A stretch of 64,000 nucleotides of DNA, taken from contig JAHELW010000002.1 of the NCBI GenBank assembly GCA_024643985.1, positions 9,335-73,334 of the forward strand. The letters are read 5' to 3'. Made by a program: the position numbers and the translations under genes. The notes beneath the pieces were generated by a model, which saw only the letters and a list, made by a program, of their open reading frames with translations, did no database searches and had not been told where the DNA came from. This DNA comes from Myxococcales bacterium (GTDB lineage Bacteria > Myxococcota_A > Polyangia > Polyangiales > Houyiibacteriaceae). This document shows, piece by piece, positions 33,743-42,241 of the stretch. Numbering within the stretch: position 1 is the stretch's first letter; every line of letters starts with the position of its first letter.

Positions 33743-34288
33743 GTGCGCCTGCTGATCGCAGCGATGGCCTGTTGGGGGTTCGGTTGTGCCGCTGTTGCGG
33801 CCAATGCGCCCGCGAGCGATTTCAGGCCGTCCGACGCCGCCCTGTTCGACAACGCAGTCGACACGGTTGCGAACCCCGCCATCGTCGAAGGCGAGTGGAG
33901 CGGCGCGTTCGAGCGCCGTGTCGCGCGCGCCGATCTCATCGCCCAGGTTCGCGTTCAGTCGCTCAGCTCGGAGCTCATCAAACGGCGGTCCGCATACCGG
34001 CTCGACGTCAAAGTGAGGGACCGGCTGAAAGGAAGCTCGACCCGCGAGCTTGCTTTGCGCGTGTCGGATGACGTTCCCGGGTACCGAACCGTCCAGGTCA
34101 ACGAGGACCGCCTGCTAGAAGACTCCTTCATCGCGTTCGTCAAATGGGAAGCCGATCCGGCCGCCTCCGAGCCGATCGCGCACTGGCACCTCTCGCCCGA
34201 TACCGGCGCGGTTCGCGACAAGATCGAGTACGTCTTGCGCAATCCGGCGCCCGACCCCCATACGACGGTCGAGGTGGTCGAGCCCTGA
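33743..34288 (+). CDS. Hypothetical secreted protein
   Basis: MRLLIAAMACWGFGCAAVAANA signal/lipobox-like N-terminus with protein-like composition. No family recognised. Confidence 0.55.
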   Translation: MRLLIAAMACWGFGCAAVAANAPASDFRPSDAALFDNAVDTVANPAIVEGEWSGAFERRVARADLIAQVRVQSLSSELIKRRSAYRLDVKVRDRLKGSSTRELALRVSDDVPGYRTVQVNEDRLLEDSFIAFVKWEADPAASEPIAHWHLSPDTGAVRDKIEYVLRNPAPDPHTTVEVVEP

Positions 34289-34331
34289 CCGGCCCGGCTC
34301 GCGTCACCTCGACCCCCCCAGTAGACTAAGC

Positions 34332-34859
34332 ATGGAGATTAGACAGATGCGTATTTGGATACTTCTATCGATGGTGACCGTCGCGTTGGCGGTGAGCGGC
34401 TGCGACAAGGGGGCCCCGGCGCCCGCCTCGAAGCACGATCACGCCCAGCACGATCACGCCCAACACGAGCAGGCGGCCCAGCCGGAAGATCCCGCGGGAC
34501 CGAGGATCGAGACCGGGTCATTTCTGCTTGCCGTCGCTCCGGTGCAGCCGAAGTTCGCGGCCGGCAAGGCAGGCGAGGTGGAGATCGCCCTCGAAAGCCG
34601 AGGGGAGTGGCACGTCAACCAAGAATACCCGATCCGTGTCGATCTGAAGGCGCCCTCGGGCGTGGCGATCCCGAAGGCAGAGCTCGTCAAAGACGACGCC
34701 AAGGAGTTCGGCGAGGAAAAAGTGCGGTTCTTGGCCTCCGTGGAGCCCTCGGCGGCCGGGGAGCACGAGCTGACGTGTGACGTTTCTTTTGCCATGTGCA
34801 CCGAAGAAAACTGTATCCTCGAGAGGCGCACGCTCGCGATGGTGCTCGAGGTGGAATGA
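34332..34859 (+). CDS. Lipoprotein with His-rich tract and DsbD-N-terminal-like domain
   Basis: LAVSGC lipobox, an HDHAQHDHAQHEQ tract, and a C-terminal region ending LTCDVSFAMCTEENCILERRTLAMVLEV that resembles DsbC/DsbD_N-type domains (weak assignment). Confidence 0.6.
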   Translation: MEIRQMRIWILLSMVTVALAVSGCDKGAPAPASKHDHAQHDHAQHEQAAQPEDPAGPRIETGSFLLAVAPVQPKFAAGKAGEVEIALESRGEWHVNQEYPIRVDLKAPSGVAIPKAELVKDDAKEFGEEKVRFLASVEPSAAGEHELTCDVSFAMCTEENCILERRTLAMVLEVE

Positions 34860-34860
34860 G

Positions 34861-37110
34861 ATGAGTGAGGGGGGACTCAACGCCGCGCTGGAAGCGATCC
34901 GGGAGGACGTGAAGGCGCGGTTCGAGGCCCAGAAGCGAGTGCTCTCGTTCCGGGAGTACCTCGCGCTCGTTCAAGAAAACCCCCGGCGATACACGCGCGA
35001 TGCAGCCCGCTACCTGAAGGACTGCATGGACCGCTTCGGCTCGTACGAGGTGGAGACGCCTGCGGGCTCGCTGAAGCGGTGGAAGGTGTTCGACCTCGAG
35101 CTCGGCCGGGAAAACAGCGGCCATCAGGCCGAGCTCAAGCTGCGAGACCGGCTCGCCGGGCATGAGGCCACGCAGGAGGCGTTTTACCGGATCCTCGACG
35201 GCTTCGAGCGTGAAGGGCGCGCGAATCGGCTCATCTTGCTCCACGGCCCCAATGGAAGCGCGAAGTCGACGTTCGTCGCGTGCCTGATGCGCGGGCTCGA
35301 AGCCTACTCCGATGACGATGAAGGTGCGCTCTATCGCTTCTCGTGGATCTTTCCGCGGTCGCGCGAGGGCGGCGGCATCGGGTTCACGACGGCCGCCGAC
35401 GAGCTCGGCTCGACGGATTCGTTCGCACACCTCCCGGAGGAGCGCATCATTGCGAAGCTTCAGAGCTCGGTGCGTGAGCATCCTCTGCTCCTTCTGCCTC
35501 GCGACGTGAGACAAAAGCTGATCGCAGGCGCGTACGAGGCAGCGCGGGTACCCGAAGCCGCGCCCGATTGGGTTTGGACGGGGCAGCTCGCCCGAAAGAA
35601 CCAGCAGATTTTTCAGGCTCTTCTCACGGCATATCGCGGCGACCTCGAACGGGTGCTCGCGCACATTCAGGTCGAGCGCTTTTACATTTCACGGCGCTAC
35701 CGTGTCGGCGCGGTGACGATCGGGCCGCAGATGTCGGTCGACGCCTCGGAGCGCCAGATCACGGCCGACCGGTCCATCGAGTCGCTGCCGGCGTCCCTCA
35801 GCGCGTTGACGCTGTTCGAGCCCTACGGCGAGCTCGTCGATGCATCCGGCGGAATCGTCGAGTTCAGCGACCTCTTGAAGCGGCCGCTCGAAGCCTGGAA
35901 GTACCTGCTGCTTGCGATCGAAAACGGCGAGGTGTCGCTTCAGATGTCGAACCTGCCCATCAATGCCGTCATGGTCGCGAGCTCGAACGAGCTCCACCTG
36001 AGCGCGTTCCGGCAGCATCCCGAGTACAATTCCTTTCGCGGGCGCATCGTCCGCATACGCATGGGCTACCTTCTCGACGTTCACAGGGAGCGCGAGATTT
36101 ACGACGGGCAGATCGTTCCGCAGATTCCGAAGCACGTCGCGCCCCACACGACCTACCTCGCATCGCTCTGGGCCGTCATGACCCGCTTGCGGCGCCCGGA
36201 TGCATCGAGATTCGCCGACAGCGAGGTCGGGACCATCGTCGCATCGCTCACTCCGCTCGAAAAGGCCGACCTTCTAACGGAGGGAACCGTGCCTGCCCGT
36301 TTCGATGCGGACCAGGCGAAGATTCTCGCCGGCGCAATTCCGGAGGTCGAGCTCGAGGCCGCCACGGTGTCGGACTACGAAGGCATCAGCGGGGCCTCTC
36401 CCCGGGAGATTCGAATGCTGCTGCTAGACGCTGCTGCCAGCTACGAGGAACCCTGCGTCTCGCCGGTGACCCTCCTCAGCCGCATGGCCGAGTTCTGCGA
36501 GCGCGACGACTACGAGTTTTTGAAGGCGCAGCCGGACGGCCCATATCGCGATCACCGCGCCTTCGTCGAACAGGTGCGCGAGCGCTGGCTCGACATCGTC
36601 GAGGCGGAGCTTCGTGCAGCCAGCGGGCTCATCGACGAGCAGAGCCCGCTCACCTTGTTCGATCGCTACGTGACGCACGTCTCGCACTGGGTGAAGAAAG
36701 AGCGTGTCTTCAATCCGGTCACCGGTCAGGACGAAGAACCCGACGTCGACCTCATGTCAGGTGTCGAAAAGAGCCTCGACGCGGACGATGCTCAGGCGTT
36801 CCGAAACGAGCTTCTGGGCGCCGTTGCGGCGTGGGCGATCGATCACCCCGAGCAAGACGTCGACTACGAGTCGCTCTTCCCGCACTTCATCGATCAGCTC
36901 CGGCGGGCCTACTTCGACGAACGCCGCACGCAGATCGGCGAGATCGGCGGCGCGATCGTGTCGCTCATCCAAGACGACGACGACCTCGACGACGCCATGC
37001 GCGAAGCGGCGCAGCAGGCGCTCCAAGTGCTAGTTGGCGTCTACGGCTACGAGCGCTCGAGCGCCAAGGTAGCGCTGGGGGCGCTGGTGGACGAGCGGTA
37101 TCAGGACTAG
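34861..37110 (+). CDS. prkA: PrkA-family serine protein kinase (AAA-type)
   Basis: ATG at 34861, 1 nt after the upstream stop. LILLHGPNGSAKSTFVACLMRGLEAYS...LYRFSWIFP is the PrkA AAA signature. Length is about 750 aa. Confidence 0.9.
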   Translation: MSEGGLNAALEAIREDVKARFEAQKRVLSFREYLALVQENPRRYTRDAARYLKDCMDRFGSYEVETPAGSLKRWKVFDLELGRENSGHQAELKLRDRLAGHEATQEAFYRILDGFEREGRANRLILLHGPNGSAKSTFVACLMRGLEAYSDDDEGALYRFSWIFPRSREGGGIGFTTAADELGSTDSFAHLPEERIIAKLQSSVREHPLLLLPRDVRQKLIAGAYEAARVPEAAPDWVWTGQLARKNQQIFQALLTAYRGDLERVLAHIQVERFYISRRYRVGAVTIGPQMSVDASERQITADRSIESLPASLSALTLFEPYGELVDASGGIVEFSDLLKRPLEAWKYLLLAIENGEVSLQMSNLPINAVMVASSNELHLSAFRQHPEYNSFRGRIVRIRMGYLLDVHREREIYDGQIVPQIPKHVAPHTTYLASLWAVMTRLRRPDASRFADSEVGTIVASLTPLEKADLLTEGTVPARFDADQAKILAGAIPEVELEAATVSDYEGISGASPREIRMLLLDAAASYEEPCVSPVTLLSRMAEFCERDDYEFLKAQPDGPYRDHRAFVEQVRERWLDIVEAELRAASGLIDEQSPLTLFDRYVTHVSHWVKKERVFNPVTGQDEEPDVDLMSGVEKSLDADDAQAFRNELLGAVAAWAIDHPEQDVDYESLFPHFIDQLRRAYFDERRTQIGEIGGAIVSLIQDDDDLDDAMREAAQQALQVLVGVYGYERSSAKVALGALVDERYQD

Positions 37111-37121
37111 GAGCTCACGAC

Positions 37122-37586
37122 ATGCTGAATCGCAAATACCTCGAACTACCTTTGATGATCCTCGCCACGCTCGGTCTTACCGTCGCAGCAAGTGCAGAGG
37201 AAGCCAACGCGACTCAAAGCGCGCTGACCGTACAGGTCTGGAACATCCAAAACGACCAAGGGCAGATCGGATGCTCGCTCTACGCGAGCAAGGAGGGCTT
37301 TCCGACCGATTCGGAGAAGGCCGCGAAGAGCACCTTCGTCAAACCGAAGGCGGGCAAAGCCACCTGCACGTTTGCCGGCGTGAAGCCGGGCACCTACGCG
37401 GTCTCCGTCATGCACGACGCGGACAAGAACGGCGAGCTCAAGACCAACTTCGTGGGACGACCGAAGGAATGGTGGGGCGTGTCGAATGACATACCGGCCG
37501 AACGCTTCGGACCGCCGAAGTACGAGAAGGCGACCTTCGACATCGCTGGCGCGGCGAAAACCATCAAGGTCAAGCTGCAGCTCTAG
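37122..37586 (+). CDS. DUF2141-family secreted protein
   Basis: A signal peptide, then GQIGCSLYASKEGFP...GTYAVSVMHDADKNGELKTNFVGRPKEWWGVSND, typical of DUF2141. Confidence 0.8.
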   Translation: MLNRKYLELPLMILATLGLTVAASAEEANATQSALTVQVWNIQNDQGQIGCSLYASKEGFPTDSEKAAKSTFVKPKAGKATCTFAGVKPGTYAVSVMHDADKNGELKTNFVGRPKEWWGVSNDIPAERFGPPKYEKATFDIAGAAKTIKVKLQL

Positions 37587-37593
37587 CCCGCGG

Positions 37594-38592
37594 TCATCGT
37601 TGCGCCTGAATCTCTTCGACGGCCTCCCGGAGCGCCTCGCGCAAGGGCGTGTAGCGCATGCCGAGCTCTTCCTGAGCTCGGCTTCCGTCGAAAAGCAGCG
37701 ATCCCGCAGCGGTGGTCTTCAGAATGTCGACGGGGAGGGCGGGGCGCTTGCCGGTGAGGGAGGCGACCTTCTCGAGAACGCCGGCGATCGGTAGGAGCAG
37801 GCCCTCGGGTAGATTGCGCTCCGGTATGGAAACGGCAGCGAGACGGCCGATGATCTCGAAGTACTCGCGTGTCGTCGCGCGCTCGGTGCCGATGAGATAG
37901 CGGCGGCCGAGGCTCTTCGGGCTCAGCAGCGCGCGCACGATGGCCTCGGCCGCGTCCCTGACGTGCACGTACGTATACGTCGTGTCCGCCCCGACGAGGG
38001 CAGGCAGCCGACCCTCGACGGCCCGCTTCACCTCCATCGTCGGCCGCGGATCGCCCGCGCCGATGACCGCGGCGAGGTGGACCACGCTGAGAGGGAGCTT
38101 CTCTTCCCGATGGAGCCGCCACCCGATCTCGTCCGCGAGATGTTTGCTTCGCGCGTAGTTGCTCGGATGCGGGCCTGGCGCCGTTTCCTCGTCGAACGGA
38201 ATGGTCTCGGGAACACCAAAGGCGAGCGGCGTGCTGACTTGAACGACCTTGGAAGCCTTTGCGGCAAGCGCCGCTCGAAAGACGTTTTCCGCGCCCTGCG
38301 TGTTCAGCCGGTAGTAGAGATCCCGGTCTCGGCTCCAGAAATCACGGTAGCCTGCGAGATGGACCGCGCCCCACGCGCCTCGAAGGAGCGGGCCGAGCGT
38401 GTCGGGCTCGCACACGTCGCCGCGAAAAAGCGAGACGCGCGCGCCCTTCCGCTCGAGCTCGCTGGTGTCGCTCGTCCGGCGCACGAGGCACCGAAGCTCG
38501 ACGTCGCGCTCCTCGAGCAGCCGCTCTACCACATGGCTGCCTACGAAACCCGTAGCGCCGGTGACTGCAACGACGCGTTTCATCTCGGTCAT
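37594..38592 (-). CDS. NAD-dependent epimerase/dehydratase (extended SDR)
   Basis: VAVTGATGFVGSHVVERLL Rossmann motif and a YARSK catalytic Y-x3-K. Confidence 0.85.
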   Translation of the reverse strand: MTEMKRVVAVTGATGFVGSHVVERLLEERDVELRCLVRRTSDTSELERKGARVSLFRGDVCEPDTLGPLLRGAWGAVHLAGYRDFWSRDRDLYYRLNTQGAENVFRAALAAKASKVVQVSTPLAFGVPETIPFDEETAPGPHPSNYARSKHLADEIGWRLHREEKLPLSVVHLAAVIGAGDPRPTMEVKRAVEGRLPALVGADTTYTYVHVRDAAEAIVRALLSPKSLGRRYLIGTERATTREYFEIIGRLAAVSIPERNLPEGLLLPIAGVLEKVASLTGKRPALPVDILKTTAAGSLLFDGSRAQEELGMRYTPLREALREAVEEIQAQR

Positions 38593-38704
38593 GGCGGGGT
38601 GTCTAGCGCTCGAATCGGCGTCGCCAAGCGAATGAGCGCCGGGTTGCTCTCGGCGGCGCTCGCCCTATCGATGGGGGGCAGAACATGGTCATCGCGAGGG
38701 CTCA

Positions 38705-39739
38705 TTGATAGGCGTCGTGACGCGGCTTGCGGAGGCAGGCTTTTTCCCCGACCCCGCCGTCCGTTTCGGGATTCGACGACTGCTCGAGGAGCGGCTTCGG
38801 CAGAGCGTCTGGGGCGATTCCGAGCGTCGCGACCGGGAAGAGGAGGCCCTGATTGAGATGCTGGCGGAGGGCCCGATCGCCGTCTCCGTCGCCGCGGCCA
38901 ACGAGCAGCACTACGAGGTGCCGGCCGCGTTTTTCGAGCATGTGCTCGGCCCCCGGCTCAAATACAGCTGCTGCTTCTGGGACGCGACCACCCCGGATCT
39001 CGCTTCGGCCGAAGAAGCCATGCTCGCGCTGACTGCAGAACGCGCGGGCATCGAGGACGGTATGCACGTTCTCGACCTCGGCTGCGGCTGGGGCTCGTTC
39101 ACCCTGTGGGCGGCGGAGCGCTTTCCAAACGCGACCCTCTCGGCGGTGTCGAACTCGAGGCTTCAGCGCGAGCTAATTCTTTCGCGTGCGGCAGACCGTG
39201 GCCTGACCAACGTTCGCGTCGAAACGGCAGACATCAACGAGTTCGATCCCGATGGCCGCTTCGATCGCGTCGTGTCGGTCGAAATGATGGAGCACGTGCG
39301 AAACCATCGTGCATTGTTCGAACGGATCGCCCGGTGGCTCACGCCGGACGGGGCCGTCTTCTCACACATTTTCTGCCACCGGTCGCGCGCGTACGTGTAT
39401 GAGCCTGAGGGGCAGAGCGACTGGATGGCCCGACATTTTTTCACTGGAGGCATGATGCCCTCAGAAGCTCTCTTTCGCCGGTACGACGAGCATCTCGCGC
39501 TCGAGAATCAGTGGCGAGTGGGAGGCGAGCACTACCAGCGAACGTGCGATGCATGGTTGGAGAATCTCGACGATCGCAAGGAACGGGTCATGCCGATATT
39601 GGAGGAAGGATATGGGCGTGACGCGCGTCGATGGTTTCACCGATGGCGTCTATTCTTCCTGGCGTGCTCGGAGCTCTTCGCCTATCGGGCCGGCCAGGAA
39701 TGGTTCGTCTCGCACTACCTCTGGCGGTTGCCGGGGTAG
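38705..39739 (+). CDS. Cyclopropane-fatty-acyl-phospholipid-synthase-family SAM methyltransferase
   Basis: ANEQHYEVPAAFFEHVLGPRLKYSCCFWD, the SAM motif VLDLGCGWGSF, and the C-terminal YQRTCDAWLENL...RWRLFFLACSELF. TTG start. Confidence 0.85.
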   Translation: MIGVVTRLAEAGFFPDPAVRFGIRRLLEERLRQSVWGDSERRDREEEALIEMLAEGPIAVSVAAANEQHYEVPAAFFEHVLGPRLKYSCCFWDATTPDLASAEEAMLALTAERAGIEDGMHVLDLGCGWGSFTLWAAERFPNATLSAVSNSRLQRELILSRAADRGLTNVRVETADINEFDPDGRFDRVVSVEMMEHVRNHRALFERIARWLTPDGAVFSHIFCHRSRAYVYEPEGQSDWMARHFFTGGMMPSEALFRRYDEHLALENQWRVGGEHYQRTCDAWLENLDDRKERVMPILEEGYGRDARRWFHRWRLFFLACSELFAYRAGQEWFVSHYLWRLPG

Positions 39740-40509
39740 CTGCGCATGAACGCCGCTCTGACGTCGAACGCCATGTCGAGCGAGCCGAGAAGCTCGTGCA
39801 GAGCCGTGAGGTAGAGACCGAAAGCCACGAAGTTTGGGTGCAAACGCGGGTCCTGCGCCTCGCGCTGGCCGGACATGGCGCTCAGCGTGGTCCGGAGCTT
39901 TTCGGCGCCAAAGCGAACGCTACGCTGATTTCCAGGGCCGAGGTGGCCGAGCAGCGCGCCCGCCGCGCCCTCGAGACCGAGCTCGTGGACCCCGCGGTCG
40001 AAGCGCTCTCGATCCTCGAGGAAGAAGCCTGCGTATACGTCGCGTAGGCCTTCCCGATAGCGTGGCTCCCAGCGAACGTAGAAGGGGCGCGGAGACCACA
40101 CCGCATCGCCGTTCTCATCGACCCCGAACTTCGAAGGCCAGAGGTCGAGGACGGTGACCTCGCTGCGAAACAGCTGCGTGAAGTAGAGCTCGAGCGCGAG
40201 TTGTCCGATCCACCGCCGCTGCGAGCGTGAGAGCTCGTCGTGCTCGACGAGAGCCGCCGATTCCTTCGGCCCGGTCACGAGCACGGGCACCGAGGCCTCC
40301 CGCAGGTGCGACTGCATGCTCATGAGGACGGAGATGAATCGCCGGCCGTTTGCCGCATTCGACAGGAGCTCGAAGCTTTGCCGCGCGATGCTGCGCGGCG
40401 AGATCAAATCGACGCTCGAGGGCAGGAGGTCGATCAGCGCTCCCAGCTCGCCGCGCGCACGCGAACGGCCGTGAGTTAGGTGAGAAGCCTGAAGGTGATT
40501 TGTCGCCAT
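39715..40509 (-). CDS. Hypothetical cytoplasmic protein
   Basis: 264-aa ORF with protein-like composition. It sits 10 nt downstream of two small membrane-protein ORFs on the same strand. No family recognised. Confidence 0.55.
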   Translation of the reverse strand: MATNHLQASHLTHGRSRARGELGALIDLLPSSVDLISPRSIARQSFELLSNAANGRRFISVLMSMQSHLREASVPVLVTGPKESAALVEHDELSRSQRRWIGQLALELYFTQLFRSEVTVLDLWPSKFGVDENGDAVWSPRPFYVRWEPRYREGLRDVYAGFFLEDRERFDRGVHELGLEGAAGALLGHLGPGNQRSVRFGAEKLRTTLSAMSGQREAQDPRLHPNFVAFGLYLTALHELLGSLDMAFDVRAAFMRSYPGNRQR

Positions 40510-40518
40510 CGCCGTCTC

Positions 40519-40731
40519 TTAGCTCGCACGCGTGTCCGCAGGCGGTGCCGGTGGACGCTGTGGGTCGTCCTGCTGAGCGTTCCACTCGTCCCGAGAGTTG
40601 TGCGCGTCGGGGCCAGGTTTGTAAGAGCGGACCGGCTCCTCGTTCGCCCGATGCCGAATCGCGACGTAGGCGCCAGCCACCGTGAGGAAGGTGACCATTG
40701 CGCCGACCACGAGCAGATCGAGATCAGTCAT
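40519..40731 (-). CDS. Small single-pass membrane protein (hypothetical)
   Basis: MTDLDLLVVGAMVTFLTVAGAYVAI is a TM helix, followed by a polar tail. It overlaps the upstream ORF by 8 nt. Confidence 0.45.
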   Translation of the reverse strand: MTDLDLLVVGAMVTFLTVAGAYVAIRHRANEEPVRSYKPGPDAHNSRDEWNAQQDDPQRPPAPPADTRAS

Positions 40732-40948
40732 CTCGGCCTCCGGTCAGCAGAAGCGCGCCAGCCGAGAGGATGGAGGGCACCCAGAGCCCAACGAAGAGGC
40801 CACGTTCACGGTCACCCGAGAACCAGAGCCAAATCGACAGGGCAAACGAAATCCCGGCAGCGGCGAAAAACAGTAACTTGGACGTCGCGATTGGGCTTCG
40901 AAGTGCGACCGTTCGCGAGGCGGAAGACGAAGAGGAGGAGTTGCTCAT
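40724..40948 (-). CDS. Small two-helix membrane protein (hypothetical)
   Basis: Poly-Ser N-terminus, then LLFFAAAGISFALSIWLWF and GLFVGLWVPSILSAGALLL hydrophobic helices. Confidence 0.5.
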   Translation of the reverse strand: MSNSSSSSSASRTVALRSPIATSKLLFFAAAGISFALSIWLWFSGDRERGLFVGLWVPSILSAGALLLTGGRDD

Positions 40949-41000
40949 TTCGCGATTCTAGGTGTTGTCTAAGTCACGTCAAGCATTATCTAGACATAAC

Positions 41001-41759
41001 ATGGACAAGCAGAAGAAAATGGCGTTCGTTCAGGGGGCAAGTCGGGGTCTGGGGCTCGAGATCACTCGGCAATTGCTTGCCAGGGACCCAACGCTCCGGG
41101 TCTTTGCCTCGTGCCGCGCCCCCGCCGACGCAGCCTCGCTGTCAGGGCTGCAGGCTGCGCATCCGGGGCGACTCGATCTCGTCCAGCTGGACGTGACGGA
41201 CGAGTCCTCGATCGAGCGCGCCGCCGCACGCTTCTCGGAGACGAGCAGCCGCGCCCACCTCGTCTTGAACGTGGCCGGCGTGCTGCACGGTCCGGGTTTC
41301 GGCCCGGAAAAGAAGCTCGGGCACGTCGAGCCGGACGCCCTTCGCACCGTGTTCGAAATCAACGCGTTCGGGCCCCTGCTCGTGGCCAAGCACTTTCATC
41401 GGTTCCTGCGGCACGGCGAACGGTCGGTGTTTGCTAGTCTCTCTGCCCGCGTGGGGAGCATCTCCGACAACCGGCTTGGAGGCTGGTACGCCTACCGCGC
41501 GTCGAAGGCCGCACAGAACATGTTCACGAAGACACTCGCGATCGAGCTCGGCCGCATTGCGCCGAACGCGATCGCCGTCGGGCTTCACCCCGGCACGGTC
41601 GACACCGATCTCTCGAAGCCTTTTCAGCGCAACGTGCCCGACGAGACGCTTCTGACCCCGACCGAGTCCGCCAGCTCGCTCCTGCGGGTGCTCGACGGGT
41701 TGACCCCCGAGCAAAGTGGACGCGTGTTCGATTTTCGAGGTGAAGAGGTGCTGCCTTAG
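41001..41759 (+). CDS. Short-chain dehydrogenase/reductase (CsgA/C-factor-like subgroup)
   Basis: MAFVQGASRGLGLE (TGxxxGxG variant), NVAGV, and the catalytic YRASKAA. Overall resemblance to the CsgA-type SDR family. Confidence 0.85.
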   Translation: MDKQKKMAFVQGASRGLGLEITRQLLARDPTLRVFASCRAPADAASLSGLQAAHPGRLDLVQLDVTDESSIERAAARFSETSSRAHLVLNVAGVLHGPGFGPEKKLGHVEPDALRTVFEINAFGPLLVAKHFHRFLRHGERSVFASLSARVGSISDNRLGGWYAYRASKAAQNMFTKTLAIELGRIAPNAIAVGLHPGTVDTDLSKPFQRNVPDETLLTPTESASSLLRVLDGLTPEQSGRVFDFRGEEVLP

Positions 41760-42214
41760 CGTTGCTTGCGCCGCGACCGCCGCTCCTCGGCCTCCGCGGC
41801 CAGCTCCCGGTCCTCGTCGGTCTCGGCAACCAGGGGTGGGACGGGGCAGGGTCGCCCGTCATCCCCCAGGTTGACGAACGTCGCGCGTGCGTCGGCGCAC
41901 ACGGATCGCTCTCCGGTCTTCGCGTGCTCTCGCTCGACGCGCACACCGATTTCCATCGAGCTCCTGAACGCCGCGTTGAGACGTGCGGTCAGGCGCACGA
42001 CGTCGCCGACTTTGATCGGCGCCTTGAACTCGATCGCCTCGATGCGCGCGGTGACCGAAACGTGGCCGCAGTGCCGCTTTGCCGCAATCGAGCCGCAGAT
42101 GTCGATCCAGCTCATGATGACCCCTCCGAACGCGGTGCCGATGGCGTTGGTGTGCTGGGGAAGAACGAGCTCGGTCATCTCGGTAAACGACTCCGAGGGG
42201 GCCCTGGCTTTCAT
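41756..42214 (-). CDS. Acyl-CoA thioesterase (hotdog fold, YciA-like)
   Basis: ATG at 42214. LVLPQHTNAIGTAFGGVIMSWIDICGSIAA and VSVTARIEAIEFKAPIKVGDVV are typical 4HBT/acyl-CoA hydrolase blocks. The longer ORF to 43309 is shadow sequence. Confidence 0.85.
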   Translation of the reverse strand: MKARAPSESFTEMTELVLPQHTNAIGTAFGGVIMSWIDICGSIAAKRHCGHVSVTARIEAIEFKAPIKVGDVVRLTARLNAAFRSSMEIGVRVEREHAKTGERSVCADARATFVNLGDDGRPCPVPPLVAETDEDRELAAEAEERRSRRKQR

Positions 42215-42229
42215 GGCTGGAGGATAGGG

Positions 42230-42235
42230 TATAAT
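42230..42235 (+). promoter_or_regulatory. Perfect TATAAT hexamer 6 nt upstream of the nnr GTG start (possible leaderless-type promoter)
   Basis: GGGTATAATCCCAGCGTG. It lies in the 27-bp divergent gap between the thioesterase and nnr genes. No good -35 seen. Confidence 0.3.
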
Positions 42236-42241
42236 CCCAGC

